A stretch of 64,000 bases of DNA from a bacterium (GCA_030649055.1 JAUSGH010000007.1:1854-65853), one strand, 5' to 3'; positions 1-9,209 are shown, counted from the stretch's first letter. Program-made: numbers and translations. Notes: generated from the letters alone by a model not told the origin.

Positions 1-545
1 CCTGAGTTCGGAATGTTGCAGAAACCCGTCACAATACCCGAAATGGTTGAACCGCCGCCGACAAGCAAGTTTGTGGTGCTTGCGGTGCCAACAACCGTCA
101 CGTTGCCCTCCGTATTGATGTTACCCGTTAATCCCGTCACTGTTGCCATGCCGCCAACCGTAAGCGCGCTGGCTTGAGTGAGCGAGACACCGGTGGTGGA
201 TGCGTAGACAAGAGACGTAAGACCGGTAGCAGTCAGCGTTCCCTGTGTCGCAATGTTACCCGTTGATCCTGTCACAGTGGCCATTCCGCCGATCATCAAA
301 GTTCCGGCGTAAGCAAGCGACTGGCTCGTTGACGATGCGTAAACCATCGTCGTGAGACCGGTGACCGAGAGCGTGCTGCTCAACGTTGCGGCGCCTGTAA
401 CCGTAAGCGAACCGCCCGTAGTAATGTCCGTGCTGATAGTCGTCGCGCCAAACACTGCGCCGACGGTTAGCATCACCGACAGACCAACTGATGTCGCGAT
501 CGCAGCAATCTGCTGCTTGCGACTTATAACTCTACTCTTCTCCAT
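1..545 (-). CDS. Secreted Ser/Thr/Gly-rich surface protein (partial, runs off window start)
   Basis: Manual translation from ATG 545: MEKSRVISRKQQIAAIATSVGLSVMLTVGAVFGATTISTDITTGGSLTVTGAATLSSTLSVTG... It has an N-terminal hydrophobic signal/anchor and two ~45-aa repeats with YASST/YASTT motifs, and is open to position 1. Absent from the ORF track. Confidence 0.8.
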   Translation of the reverse strand, partial: MEKSRVISRKQQIAAIATSVGLSVMLTVGAVFGATTISTDITTGGSLTVTGAATLSSTLSVTGLTTMVYASSTSQSLAYAGTLMIGGMATVTGSTGNIATQGTLTATGLTSLVYASTTGVSLTQASALTVGGMATVTGLTGNINTEGNVTVVGTASTTNLLVGGGSTISGIVTGFCNIPNS

Positions 546-620
546 AGAGATTTTTTTAATTAATTTTAATTTATAAAGCGACCTAATGTTGAACTCACCT
601 CAAAAGTACCTCCCTCGACC

Positions 621-703
621 AGAACCTATCTCAAAAATATCTCCAGTCGCGATACGAGCAAATCGCGACGAACGCGGCTTGGAGATATTTTGAGATAGGT
701 TCT
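621..703. repeat. Inverted repeat / MITE-like hairpin (24-25 bp arms)
   Basis: agaacctatctcaaaaatatctcca (621-645) pairs with tggagatattttgagataggttct (680-703), one-base bulge. Confidence 0.8.
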
Positions 704-794
704 AAATACTTCTGAGATGGATTCTTTGCATGCGCAGAATACGCACGCAATTCTCCTTATTTTTTTAGTATAGCAGACCAAATCACGGAGCAAC

Positions 795-803
795 TGTGGA
801 TAA
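795..803 (-). promoter_or_regulatory. Single DnaA-box-like 9-mer upstream of surface protein promoter
   Basis: tgtggataa = TTATCCACA on minus strand; extended -10-like TGCTATACT at 767-775 on minus strand. Confidence 0.3.
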
Positions 804-819
804 CTATAAAAGGTTTCGT

Positions 820-860
820 AATCAAAAATCAGCCCCACAATGCGGGGCTGATTTTTGATT
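820..860. terminator. Rho-independent terminator (bidirectional)
   Basis: aatcaaaaatcagcccc-acaatgc-ggggctgatttttgatt, just downstream of the 900..3203 stop. Confidence 0.85.
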
Positions 861-899
861 CTTGCTTCTCTGCTTTCTTGCTTTTATGCTTCGTTTATT

Positions 900-3203
900 C
901 TAAAACTCCACCGCCTCCCCTCTCCGAAGTTTTGCGATGATGTCATTCCCCGCTTGCGCGAAGTCCGGCTGCTTTGCGATGATCGTTTCAAGTTCACGAA
1001 TCGCGTCAGCATTCCGCCCAAGCGTATGATACGTTGACGCGAGCTGAAGCCGATGACCAATATCGTCCGGGTTAACAATGATAAATGCTTTAAGCGTACC
1101 GGCGATGCGCGCCTGATTACCGGTTACTCTATACACTCGAAGCAGAAGTTCATCGGCAACATCAACTGTTCCAAGATGTTCCTTGAGCAACGCATCAACA
1201 ATGTCCTGATCGCCGTTTAATATATGCACCGCGGCAAGATTCATTCCGACCGCGCCGAAGTTTTTCGTTTTCTGATAAATAAACTCCATCGTCTCAACGG
1301 CTTTTGCTGTATTTCCCATCTGCAAATACGCGTCCGCGAGCTCAAAATACACCTGATGCTTCATCGGGGCGAGCTTCAACGCGGCGTCAAACGCCTCTAA
1401 CGCCTTGTCATACATGCCGACTTTGGAAAGAATAATCGCGAGGAAAAGCCGCGATCGTGGATCTGACGGATTCTCTGTCACCACTCGATCGGCGAGCTCA
1501 ATCGCCTGCCGCAACATTTGCGAACGAAACTCCGGAGTGAGGGAAGGTGCTACGCCTGCCGCGAGTGCAAAACGCGAATATTGCTCGGCAATTTCCATCC
1601 TCCCCAACGCCGCATCATAGGAAAGCGCGTTATTATATTCATCATACGCGCCCTGGATGTCTTGCGCGCTCTGCAGCTTCAATGCATTAAGGAGGTGCAA
1701 ATTCACAAGTAGCGGCCGGATGTTTAACGCGTACAGCGTAAGCGTGAATCCCACGACAAGAATCGCGGAAACCATTCCAATGGCTTCAATACTCGCGCTT
1801 GCTCGTTGCGCCACTAAAGGAGCGCCAGCCGTTCGCCGCTCGTCAAAACTTTCAGCATGCGCGAATGCTGTGCTTTGGATAAACGCGAGTAAAGCGAAAA
1901 ACACGGTGTAGGTCGCGATATTGTCAAACACAAAAAAGTTCTGCAGGACGTACGCGAAAAGAAGCCCAGAAATCACAATGCCTGCATGAAGTTCTCGCGA
2001 TGCTTCATATTCTATCGCGGTTGTATGCTGCTTGTCCGCCGCTTCACGCGCAAGCGCGAAGTTTTTCCATAACATCCCGACGCCGGTCACGAACATCGCG
2101 AAATACGAGATAAGTCCAAGAATACCCGCGTTGATCAGCCAATCAAAAACAATATTGTGCGAGCGGTCAAACCACGGCTCCTGCTGCCAAAGTTCCGTCT
2201 TATAGTATTTTGAGAATACAACGAGATAATTTTCCGGCCCCCAGCCCAACAATGGATGTTCCTTAAAACCTTCCCAGCTCATGTTCCAAATAGTGAAACG
2301 CGACGTAATCGTCCGCTCCCTGAAGGACATTGACGTGAGGCGTATCAACACGTCGCTTCCGCGCACGAAAGATGTATTCCTCGCCATCCAAAGTCCCGCG
2401 GGAACGATGATGAGCAACGCGAGAGCGGAAAAAATAGCGCGCCTCATGCGTTTTGAAACGGTGATATCCGTTCGCATAAAGATAAGGAAAAGTCCGCCAG
2501 CGAAAATGCTACCGAGAAGCAAAGCAAGTGTCGGGCCACGGCTTGCGGTAAAGTAGATGATGAGCAACGTGAAAAACGTCGCGGCAAGCAGGTAGTATCT
2601 CGTCCATTTGTTACGCGCGTATATCCAAAGCAACAGCGCGAACGCGACAACAAACATCAAATATGCGGCAAGATATGTCGGATTACCGATGGTTCCGTCG
2701 GTGCGGAATCCGCCCTGCGGAGAAATCAAATATCCGAGTTTTTGGAATAACGCGTACACGCCCTGCAGAAGTCCGGCAACAAGCGAACAGTGCAAGAACA
2801 CCATCCAATCTTTGCGCCGGAGTATATGCGAAAGCACAACGAAATACATTGCGAGATGAAGATAAGCAATCGCTCCTTCCATGCGCTCAAAGTTAGACCA
2901 AAAACTCCGCGTTGGGTTCTCGCCGAACACGGTCGCGAGAAGCACAACAACGACCCAGAGAAGCACGCTCCACATAAGTGGCGTCATGCGCGGCCGGTAT
3001 TTCGGATTAAATATCGCGAGCCAAATCCACGCAAAAAATGCAACTTCCACGAGCGCGCGGAATACAAACGCTTTTCCCGTGATGTACGGGAAAAACATAT
3101 TTTGGGCGATGAGGAGCGGAACAAAGGGAACGACGAATAAGGCTATCTTCGTAATCCAGAGCAAAACACGTTCAGTGGTTGATTGCATAATATTCAAAGA
3201 CAT
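900..3203 (-). CDS. O-antigen ligase / O-oligosaccharyltransferase-like membrane protein with C-terminal TPRs
   Basis: ~12 TM helices, GTIGNPTYLA, TASRG and R..IW...HPLLGWG...DRSHN (Wzy_C motif), helical TPR-like C-terminus. Confidence 0.85.
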   Translation of the reverse strand: MSLNIMQSTTERVLLWITKIALFVVPFVPLLIAQNMFFPYITGKAFVFRALVEVAFFAWIWLAIFNPKYRPRMTPLMWSVLLWVVVVLLATVFGENPTRSFWSNFERMEGAIAYLHLAMYFVVLSHILRRKDWMVFLHCSLVAGLLQGVYALFQKLGYLISPQGGFRTDGTIGNPTYLAAYLMFVVAFALLLWIYARNKWTRYYLLAATFFTLLIIYFTASRGPTLALLLGSIFAGGLFLIFMRTDITVSKRMRRAIFSALALLIIVPAGLWMARNTSFVRGSDVLIRLTSMSFRERTITSRFTIWNMSWEGFKEHPLLGWGPENYLVVFSKYYKTELWQQEPWFDRSHNIVFDWLINAGILGLISYFAMFVTGVGMLWKNFALAREAADKQHTTAIEYEASRELHAGIVISGLLFAYVLQNFFVFDNIATYTVFFALLAFIQSTAFAHAESFDERRTAGAPLVAQRASASIEAIGMVSAILVVGFTLTLYALNIRPLLVNLHLLNALKLQSAQDIQGAYDEYNNALSYDAALGRMEIAEQYSRFALAAGVAPSLTPEFRSQMLRQAIELADRVVTENPSDPRSRLFLAIILSKVGMYDKALEAFDAALKLAPMKHQVYFELADAYLQMGNTAKAVETMEFIYQKTKNFGAVGMNLAAVHILNGDQDIVDALLKEHLGTVDVADELLLRVYRVTGNQARIAGTLKAFIIVNPDDIGHRLQLASTYHTLGRNADAIRELETIIAKQPDFAQAGNDIIAKLRRGEAVEF

Positions 3204-3248
3204 AGGACTTATAGGTCCTATAAGACTTATAAGTCCTATGTGTTCTAT
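3201..3248 (-). repeat. 9-mer tandem array (ATARGWCYT) linking stop of ccl to ATG of next gene
   Basis: Minus strand: ATAGAACAC ATAGGACTT ATAAGTCTT ATAGGACCT ATAAGTCCT ATG. Confidence 0.8.
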
Positions 3249-3979
3249 TTGTCAATAACTTCCGGTCCGTCGTACTCAACTTCATCATCGGTGAGCCGCC
3301 GGTACGGCTTCTCCCGCTCCAACTCCTCACCGACATGCGCGATGAGTCCCGGAAGGCGGGCAAGCACAAACACGCCGTTCCCCATGCGCGCCTGAATACC
3401 GAGCTCGGAAAGCAATACGGCAAACGCACCGTCAATGTTTAACGGAAGCAACTTGCCGGACTTCTTATTGAGCTCTTGGCCAAGCTCACCTGCCAGCGCC
3501 GCATATTTTCCCAAAAGCCCCAATGCTTTAGCGCGCTCAAATAATGCAGTAGTACGGGGGTCCGCGTCTTTATACACCTTATGCCCATAACCCGGCAATC
3601 GCTCGCCCTTAGCGGATAATTCGGCAACGATGGTTGCCGCATTCTTTCCGGATTGCAACAATTCGGCAAGCGCTTCAATAGCTCCGCCGTGATGTTTTCC
3701 AATCGTGAGAATCCCAGCCGCGAGCGCGGCGGTAAACGAAGCACCGGTGGATGCGGTGGTGCGCGCAACAAACGTTGAGGGCGCCTCAACGCCGTGCTCA
3801 GAGGCGGCAACAAGCATCGCGCCCAAAAGTTCCGCCTGTGGTTTCTCCGGCATTTTCCCCGTAAGCAACAAAAATATAATTTCCGGAAACGTCTTTGTGG
3901 CAATAAGCTCCGTCAGCTTGTAGCCGCGGATGTAGAGCTCGCCGTTCTTGTGAACGCTGATTGAAGTTTTCCATTTCAT
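3245..3979 (-). CDS. ccl: Citryl-CoA lyase (stand-alone citrate-synthase-like domain of ATP-citrate lyase)
   Basis: WKTSIS, EHGVEAPST, HHGGAIE, PGYGHKVYK.DPR and LPLNIDG motifs; 244 aa. Confidence 0.85.
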   Translation of the reverse strand: MKWKTSISVHKNGELYIRGYKLTELIATKTFPEIIFLLLTGKMPEKPQAELLGAMLVAASEHGVEAPSTFVARTTASTGASFTAALAAGILTIGKHHGGAIEALAELLQSGKNAATIVAELSAKGERLPGYGHKVYKDADPRTTALFERAKALGLLGKYAALAGELGQELNKKSGKLLPLNIDGAFAVLLSELGIQARMGNGVFVLARLPGLIAHVGEELEREKPYRRLTDDEVEYDGPEVIDK

Positions 3980-3992
3980 GGCATTTATTCAA

Positions 3993-4024
3993 GTATAGAG
4001 TATTGAGTATTAAGAAGACAGTAT
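3993..4024. repeat. Left arm of inverted repeat flanking four-helix-bundle gene
   Basis: agtattaagaagacagtat (4006-4024) is the reverse complement of 4421-4439 with one mismatch. Confidence 0.8.
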
Positions 4025-4035
4025 ACACGCAGGGA

Positions 4036-4422
4036 CTAACTGTTATCGCGAGAACTTTTGACTAACCCAGTGATGAGTTTGTGGACGATAACGGTTTGCT
4101 GAGCAATGCTGCTAAAATCAAATTTGGAAATATATCCGACGTCGCGCGCTACAAGAAGCTGATTCTGAACTTCAGTGAGAGAACCTTGCGCCATGTCATA
4201 AAAACGGTTCTTTTCTATTCGACTCCGCCGAGAAAAACCCTCCGCGATGTTTGACGAAACCGAAACTGCTGCGCGCCGTAGCTGATTACTCAAACCAAAA
4301 AGTTCTTCCTTCGGAAAACTTTTCGTAAGACGGTAGACGATTACTACAAGCTCATGGGCCTTACGCCACGCCACCAAATCGGTGAATGACTGAATTTTCT
4401 CTTGAGATTTTTGCGATTCCAT
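4036..4422 (-). CDS. Four-helix bundle protein (23S rRNA IVP / bAvd-like family)
   Basis: F.DL.AW.KAH, FPKEELFGLSNQLRRAAVSVSSNIAEG and GSLTEVQNQL motifs. Confidence 0.92.
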   Translation of the reverse strand: MESQKSQEKIQSFTDLVAWRKAHELVVIVYRLTKSFPKEELFGLSNQLRRAAVSVSSNIAEGFSRRSRIEKNRFYDMAQGSLTEVQNQLLVARDVGYISKFDFSSIAQQTVIVHKLITGLVKSSRDNS

Positions 4423-4452
4423 ACTGTCTTCTCAATACTATATACTCAATAC
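4421..4452. repeat. Right arm of inverted repeat flanking four-helix-bundle gene
   Basis: atactgtcttctcaatactatatactcaatac; overlaps the upstream stop and the four-helix ATG. Confidence 0.8.
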
Positions 4453-5337
4453 CTTCTTAATGAGTCCCGGCACCTCATCCAAAATATCCGCCACCATGAC
4501 TCCCGCCGCACGAAGCGCCTTTACTTTTGACGCGTAACTCCCGCGGCCTTTGGAAACAATCGCGCCCGCGTGGCCGAGCACGGTTCCTTGCGGCAGGGTT
4601 TCCGTAAACTTTCCGGCGACAAGCGCGACAACAGGCTTCGTAAACTTTTTTTTGCGAATGAATTCGGCCGCAAGTTCTTCATAAGTTCCGCCAACCTCGC
4701 CGAAAAGCACCACCGCTTTGGTCTCCGGATCTTTTTCAAAAAGCTCCAACAGGTCGGCAAAGTCCGAACCGATAATCGCATCTCCTCCGATTCCGATGAC
4801 AGTGCTTTGTCCTAATTTTTCGCGCGAAAGCGTTGAAGAAATCTCCGCCGTCATTCCCCCGCTTTTTGAAATAACGCCGATATGGCCGGGCGTGAATACG
4901 TTTTTAATTTCGCCGCTTCCGATGCTTCCAATTTTCCCGAGTCCGGGTGAAATAATGCCGACCGACGACGGGCCGACGACGCGCACGCCGACACGACGCG
5001 CCGCCGCAACAATGTATGCCGCATCTTGTGCCGTCACATGCTCGGTCAGAATATCAATAAGCGGAATACCCGCGTCAATGGCTTCCAACGCGGCGTCTTT
5101 TACAAACGCAGCCGGCACCGTGATGAGCGAGGTGTTGATTTCGGGATGTTGTTGAAGCGCCTCAAACACGGCGTTATACACCGGAATTCCCTCCACGCTT
5201 TGCCCGCCCTTGCCCGGCGTTACTCCGGCAACAACCGCCGTGCCATAAGCCAGCATCTCCTTGCACGCGCGCGAACCCTCGTTGCCGGTTATTCCTTGTA
5301 CAAGCACACTCGTTTTTTTATCAATAAGTATTGCCAT
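4438..5337 (-). CDS. SucD-like CoA-ligase alpha subunit (citryl-CoA synthetase small subunit / ACL CoA-binding part)
   Basis: VQGITG, GVTPGKGG, ISKSGG, GIGGD and phospho-His GHAGA; likely start MAILID at 5337. Confidence 0.85.
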   Translation of the reverse strand: MAILIDKKTSVLVQGITGNEGSRACKEMLAYGTAVVAGVTPGKGGQSVEGIPVYNAVFEALQQHPEINTSLITVPAAFVKDAALEAIDAGIPLIDILTEHVTAQDAAYIVAAARRVGVRVVGPSSVGIISPGLGKIGSIGSGEIKNVFTPGHIGVISKSGGMTAEISSTLSREKLGQSTVIGIGGDAIIGSDFADLLELFEKDPETKAVVLFGEVGGTYEELAAEFIRKKKFTKPVVALVAGKFTETLPQGTVLGHAGAIVSKGRGSYASKVKALRAAGVMVADILDEVPGLIKKVLSI

Positions 5338-5353
5338 AGTTATTTTTTTCATT

Positions 5354-5470
5354 GTCATCCTGAGTTCGCCAGCAGGCCGGTTGATTGATTATAAATAATA
5401 TATCCGAAGAGGTGCCCGCGGCCGACGAAGGATCTCTCGGAGATTCTTCGGCTCATCGCCTCAGAATGAC
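5354..5470. repeat. REP-like palindromic element, family B
   Basis: gtcatcctgag...gaaggatctc..gagattcttc...tcagaatgac; related copies at 34273 and 60624. Confidence 0.75.
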
Positions 5471-5484
5471 ACTGTAGTCTTACT

Positions 5485-6573
5485 TTATTGTTTCGATGCT
5501 TTATTGCTTCGATACGCCAATGCTACGACGCGCTTCGCGCTCTCCGCCATTGATGTTTTTCCGTCAAACACAGTGAACCGATATCCTTCTTTTTTTGCGA
5601 CTTCTCGCAACATCCGGAACGCTTGCTGCCCCCGCGGACCGTCACGACGGATAACAATCGGAAATGTCGGCTTCGGTTTCACTTCGCGCAGCCCCTCAAT
5701 AAACCCAACCATGGTTTCGTAAATATCGGTGAAATTCGCCGTACCGCCGATGACCCACAGCCCCTTCAAGCCGTGGCGCGCGAGCACACGCTTTGTTAAA
5801 TCACGCACCACTTCCTTCGGCGGATTTCCGGAATATTCGGTATAGTTCGCCGGCCATCCGTTATATTTCAAGAGCGCGTCAATGTTTAAAAGCGACGCTC
5901 CGCCTCCCGAAGCCAAAATCGCGATGTCCCCATCCATATCAATAAACCTGCGTTCACCGGGTTTTATTTTTTCGTCATCCAAAACAACCTTCGCGTCCGC
6001 CGCAACAAACTTTCCGTCTGGGGTCTTCATCAGCGGATTAATTTCGGCAAGCAAGGCATATTCGCCGAAGAAACAATTCCATAAACTTTTGACAATCGGC
6101 ACGAGGCCGCCGACATCGGCAAACGGGATGCCGGCGCGGAGCAACGCGCTACGGATAAAAAATGGGTGCAATCCTCCGATGACGTCAACCGGAAACACCT
6201 CCGCTTTCTTTGTGCCTGTGCCGCCGGAAACGGTTGCGGCCAAAACCGGCGCGCGATGATCTGTGGAGTAACTGAAACTTATATAATATTCCGCCACTGC
6301 CGCAATTTTTTGCTCAACCAACACTTTTTTCACGCGCTCACCGCGCAGCGTTTTGGAGAGTAAATCGGCGACTGCCGTTTTTGCCGCGCGCTCATCATCG
6401 GCAAAAAGAATTCCGCCACTGCGCGCGCGATCGCCAAAAGTAACCTGCGCCTTCACCGCGTATGGGCCGGAAAACTTCGGCCCGACACCAGGACGGGAAA
6501 CAAGCATGCCCTCCGGCACCAAAATTCCATACTTTTTGAATAACTTTTTTCCTTCGTGTTCGAATAAATTCAT
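5485..6573 (-). CDS. ATP-citrate lyase beta / citryl-CoA synthetase large subunit (ATP-grasp + citrate-binding domain)
   Basis: NLFEHEGK, KAQV..G.R...GGI and AEINPL; citrate-binding motifs SGGGAS, ANYTEYSGNP, GGTANFT, RRDGP. Confidence 0.8.
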   Translation of the reverse strand: MNLFEHEGKKLFKKYGILVPEGMLVSRPGVGPKFSGPYAVKAQVTFGDRARSGGILFADDERAAKTAVADLLSKTLRGERVKKVLVEQKIAAVAEYYISFSYSTDHRAPVLAATVSGGTGTKKAEVFPVDVIGGLHPFFIRSALLRAGIPFADVGGLVPIVKSLWNCFFGEYALLAEINPLMKTPDGKFVAADAKVVLDDEKIKPGERRFIDMDGDIAILASGGGASLLNIDALLKYNGWPANYTEYSGNPPKEVVRDLTKRVLARHGLKGLWVIGGTANFTDIYETMVGFIEGLREVKPKPTFPIVIRRDGPRGQQAFRMLREVAKKEGYRFTVFDGKTSMAESAKRVVALAYRSNKASKQ

Positions 6574-6581
6574 AAGGTATT

Positions 6582-6627
6582 CCTTCGATTTCACTCAGGA
6601 AATATTATTCGCTGAGTTTGTCGAAGC
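6582..6627. repeat. REP-like palindromic element, family C
   Basis: ccttcgatttcactcagg...gctgagtttgtcgaagc. Confidence 0.65.
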
Positions 6628-6641
6628 GATACATGCACGTT

Positions 6642-8108
6642 TTACACAATCGTCCGCATAATCATGCGTAGCGTGTGATACGGACCGGTCGCGAACCGCC
6701 GGCCGATAAAAATGATTCCGGCAATGTATGCAAGCGCCGGAACGCCAAGCAACGCAATGAAGAGCGGCGCGCTCAACTTCGCGCCATACATATATAACGG
6801 CGCGGCAGCGAGCATAGTCATCAGTGTTGCGCCGAAGATGACCGCGATCGGAATCTTCACGTCGGCAAACCGCAGCCCTAAATAGCGGAAAGACCAGTAA
6901 CTCGCGATAAGCGCCAAGGCGAAACCGTTGATAAGCATAGCAACCGCCGCTCCGTAAATACTGAAGTACCGCGTGAGCACCAAAAGCAGCGGCGCGGAAA
7001 TGAAAAATTGCGCGACCGACATTTTGAACCGCACATCAGGAAATCCCGCGCCGTCAAGCAATGGATACGTAATCACCGCGAATCCTTCAAACGTGAGCGC
7101 AACAACGAGCACCTTCATCGCCGCAACCATACCCAGCCACTTCGCTCCCAAAAGAATCTGCGCGAGCGGTTCACCAAAAAGTAAAATAATCACGAGAAAC
7201 GGAATCATCGTGAGGAGCGCGATATCAAAACTCCGCAAAAATCCTTCGCGCAGTTTTTGCATGTCCCCTTGAATGCGCGCGTATGCCGGAAATCCGACTT
7301 TCGTCACGATCGTAAAAAGCGCCGAGGACGGCAATGAAGCGATGCTGTTCGCGCGAGAATACAATCCCAAATTCGCCGGACCGGAAAAACGGCCGACAAT
7401 AGACGATTCAACAAGATAATTGATTTGCCCCAAGGCATTTTGCGCCATGACCCACCCGCCGTACGAACTCAAGTCCCGCAAGCGCCCGAATTGGAAAGAA
7501 AACTTTGGCCGGTGCGGATGCCCCGCGTATTGCACTACAACCCCCGCAATGTACTGCGCGACGTAACCAAAAAAAAGCGCGGCGGCAGTTGGATGCAGAA
7601 ACGCGAAAGGTATCGCCGTCGCCGTAAACGCAAGCTGACCGGCAATGTCGCGCATAAACAGCGTCCGGAAATTCATCTCCTTAAAAAAGAACATGTTGCC
7701 GAGGTTGCTCAAGGACTGGATGACCGTAAGAATTCCGCCGTAACGCAACAGCGCAAGCGCGGTCGGATCAGTGATGTGAAAAAATATCGCGACAAACGGA
7801 GCGGCGAGATAAATAAGGACGGCGATGCCGATAGCTCTCAAAAAATTAAACGTCCAGTACACGTCAAGATAGGCACGAATATCTCCCTGCCGCTGGATGA
7901 TCGCGTTTTCAAACCCCGGCATTGAAGCGGTGTTCAAAATGCCGACGAACATCAGAATGATGGTGATGATACCGTAGTCATCGGGCGCAAGCGTCCGCGC
8001 CAAAACAAAAAAAGTCCCGAAGCCGACGATCTTCTGGGCAACGAGTCCCAACCCCGACCACTTCCCTCCTTGTATTGCTTTATGAAGCGTCCCTTCGGTT
8101 GATTCCAT
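6642..8108 (-). CDS. wzx: Wzx/WzxC-type polysaccharide flippase
   Basis: G.KW, LARTLAPDDYG, LGLYSRA, FPAYAR and LLGAKW motifs; ~12-14 TM helices. Confidence 0.88.
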   Translation of the reverse strand: MESTEGTLHKAIQGGKWSGLGLVAQKIVGFGTFFVLARTLAPDDYGIITIILMFVGILNTASMPGFENAIIQRQGDIRAYLDVYWTFNFLRAIGIAVLIYLAAPFVAIFFHITDPTALALLRYGGILTVIQSLSNLGNMFFFKEMNFRTLFMRDIAGQLAFTATAIPFAFLHPTAAALFFGYVAQYIAGVVVQYAGHPHRPKFSFQFGRLRDLSSYGGWVMAQNALGQINYLVESSIVGRFSGPANLGLYSRANSIASLPSSALFTIVTKVGFPAYARIQGDMQKLREGFLRSFDIALLTMIPFLVIILLFGEPLAQILLGAKWLGMVAAMKVLVVALTFEGFAVITYPLLDGAGFPDVRFKMSVAQFFISAPLLLVLTRYFSIYGAAVAMLINGFALALIASYWSFRYLGLRFADVKIPIAVIFGATLMTMLAAAPLYMYGAKLSAPLFIALLGVPALAYIAGIIFIGRRFATGPYHTLRMIMRTIV

Positions 8109-8163
8109 TGAGATAGATATCAATATAACCGATTTTTCACTCTAATGGTAACCATCCGGCCGT

Positions 8164-8192
8164 TTGACTAAAAAACTAAAAAGATTTAGTAT
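8164..8192 (+). promoter_or_regulatory. Sigma70-type promoter
   Basis: TTGACT-17 bp-TAGTAT upstream of 8243. Confidence 0.65.
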
Positions 8193-8242
8193 ATCGCTAG
8201 TACCGAAACAGATTTGCTAGAACCTTTTGAAAGGGTAGGCCT

Positions 8243-9199
8243 ATGTCTTGGCAGGTACCGGTGGTGCTGCGGCTCGTGGTCGCATACGTCATCGCGCAGC
8301 CGCTCATCAAGAAACTCACAAAGGAGAACGATGAGTCCCGGACGCAGAAGTTCCTGTTGCAATTCCTCGTCTGTCTGCTGCTTGCGTCCGCATTCGCCAT
8401 CTGGAGCGGCGACTGCAACTTCGACAGAAACGCCCGCGTCCTCTTCGCCGTCGGCATCGCAAATGCCTTCGGCGCGTTCTGTCAGTGGAAGTCCATCGGA
8501 TACTCGCTCTCCAAGAACGCGCTCTTCACGGTGTGGGATGACATCATCGCGATGACACTCTGTTTCACGGTGCTCCACGAAGGTAAATTCCTAAACCCGT
8601 GGATCATCGCGGGAATCGTCACGAGCTTCATCGCGATCGTCTGCTTCTTCCGGCATGGATGGCGGAAAATGCAGAAAGCGGAGACATCGGGAAGCGCAGA
8701 AAGCAACTCGTCAACTCCTCCGGCCTTCTACGCATGCGTCGCCGGCTACAGCATCATCTGGGGAGTAGCGGTGTTCCTTATGCGCAAGTTCGCGGTGGAG
8801 GGCGTGTCACTTGGAACGTTCCTCGTCGGTTGGTACGGCGGTGCGGCAACAGGGGCTATGCTCATCTTCCTCGCGGGAGTGGAGCTGAACCCCAAATGCA
8901 CGCAGCCGCTCACAAAAAAGAGCATCCAATGGACGTGTGTGCTCTCCGTCTCCATCATCGCATCACTACTGCTCCAATACTGGTCGCTGAGGAAGGCGCC
9001 GCTCGTCATCGTACAGCCGATCTTCCTTACCGGGGAAATGATCATCCCGGCGCTCATCGGCCTCTACTTCTTCAAGGAAAAGAAAGATCTGGACAAGGCC
9101 GAACGCTGGTACTTCGCAATCGGCATCACCGGCGGCATACTGCTCTTTGCGCACGACGCGCTGCAGCAACTTGCAACGCGGCTCATCGCCTGGTTCTAG
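8243..9199 (+). CDS. EamA/DMT-superfamily transporter
   Basis: ~10 TM helices in two repeats; VLHEG and GLYFFKEK end-of-repeat motifs. Confidence 0.7.
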   Translation: MSWQVPVVLRLVVAYVIAQPLIKKLTKENDESRTQKFLLQFLVCLLLASAFAIWSGDCNFDRNARVLFAVGIANAFGAFCQWKSIGYSLSKNALFTVWDDIIAMTLCFTVLHEGKFLNPWIIAGIVTSFIAIVCFFRHGWRKMQKAETSGSAESNSSTPPAFYACVAGYSIIWGVAVFLMRKFAVEGVSLGTFLVGWYGGAATGAMLIFLAGVELNPKCTQPLTKKSIQWTCVLSVSIIASLLLQYWSLRKAPLVIVQPIFLTGEMIIPALIGLYFFKEKKDLDKAERWYFAIGITGGILLFAHDALQQLATRLIAWF

Positions 9200-9209
9200 G
9201 CGACCGATG

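Noticed and set aside
795-803. Replication origin
   Set aside because: Only one DnaA box, no dnaA/dnaN and no box cluster
4036-4422. Diversity-generating retroelement (bAvd-like gene)
   Set aside because: No reverse transcriptase and no TR/VR pair differing at adenines was seen in the window
4438-6573. Ordinary succinyl-CoA synthetase sucCD
   Set aside because: The beta subunit has ACL citrate-binding motifs and citryl-CoA lyase is adjacent
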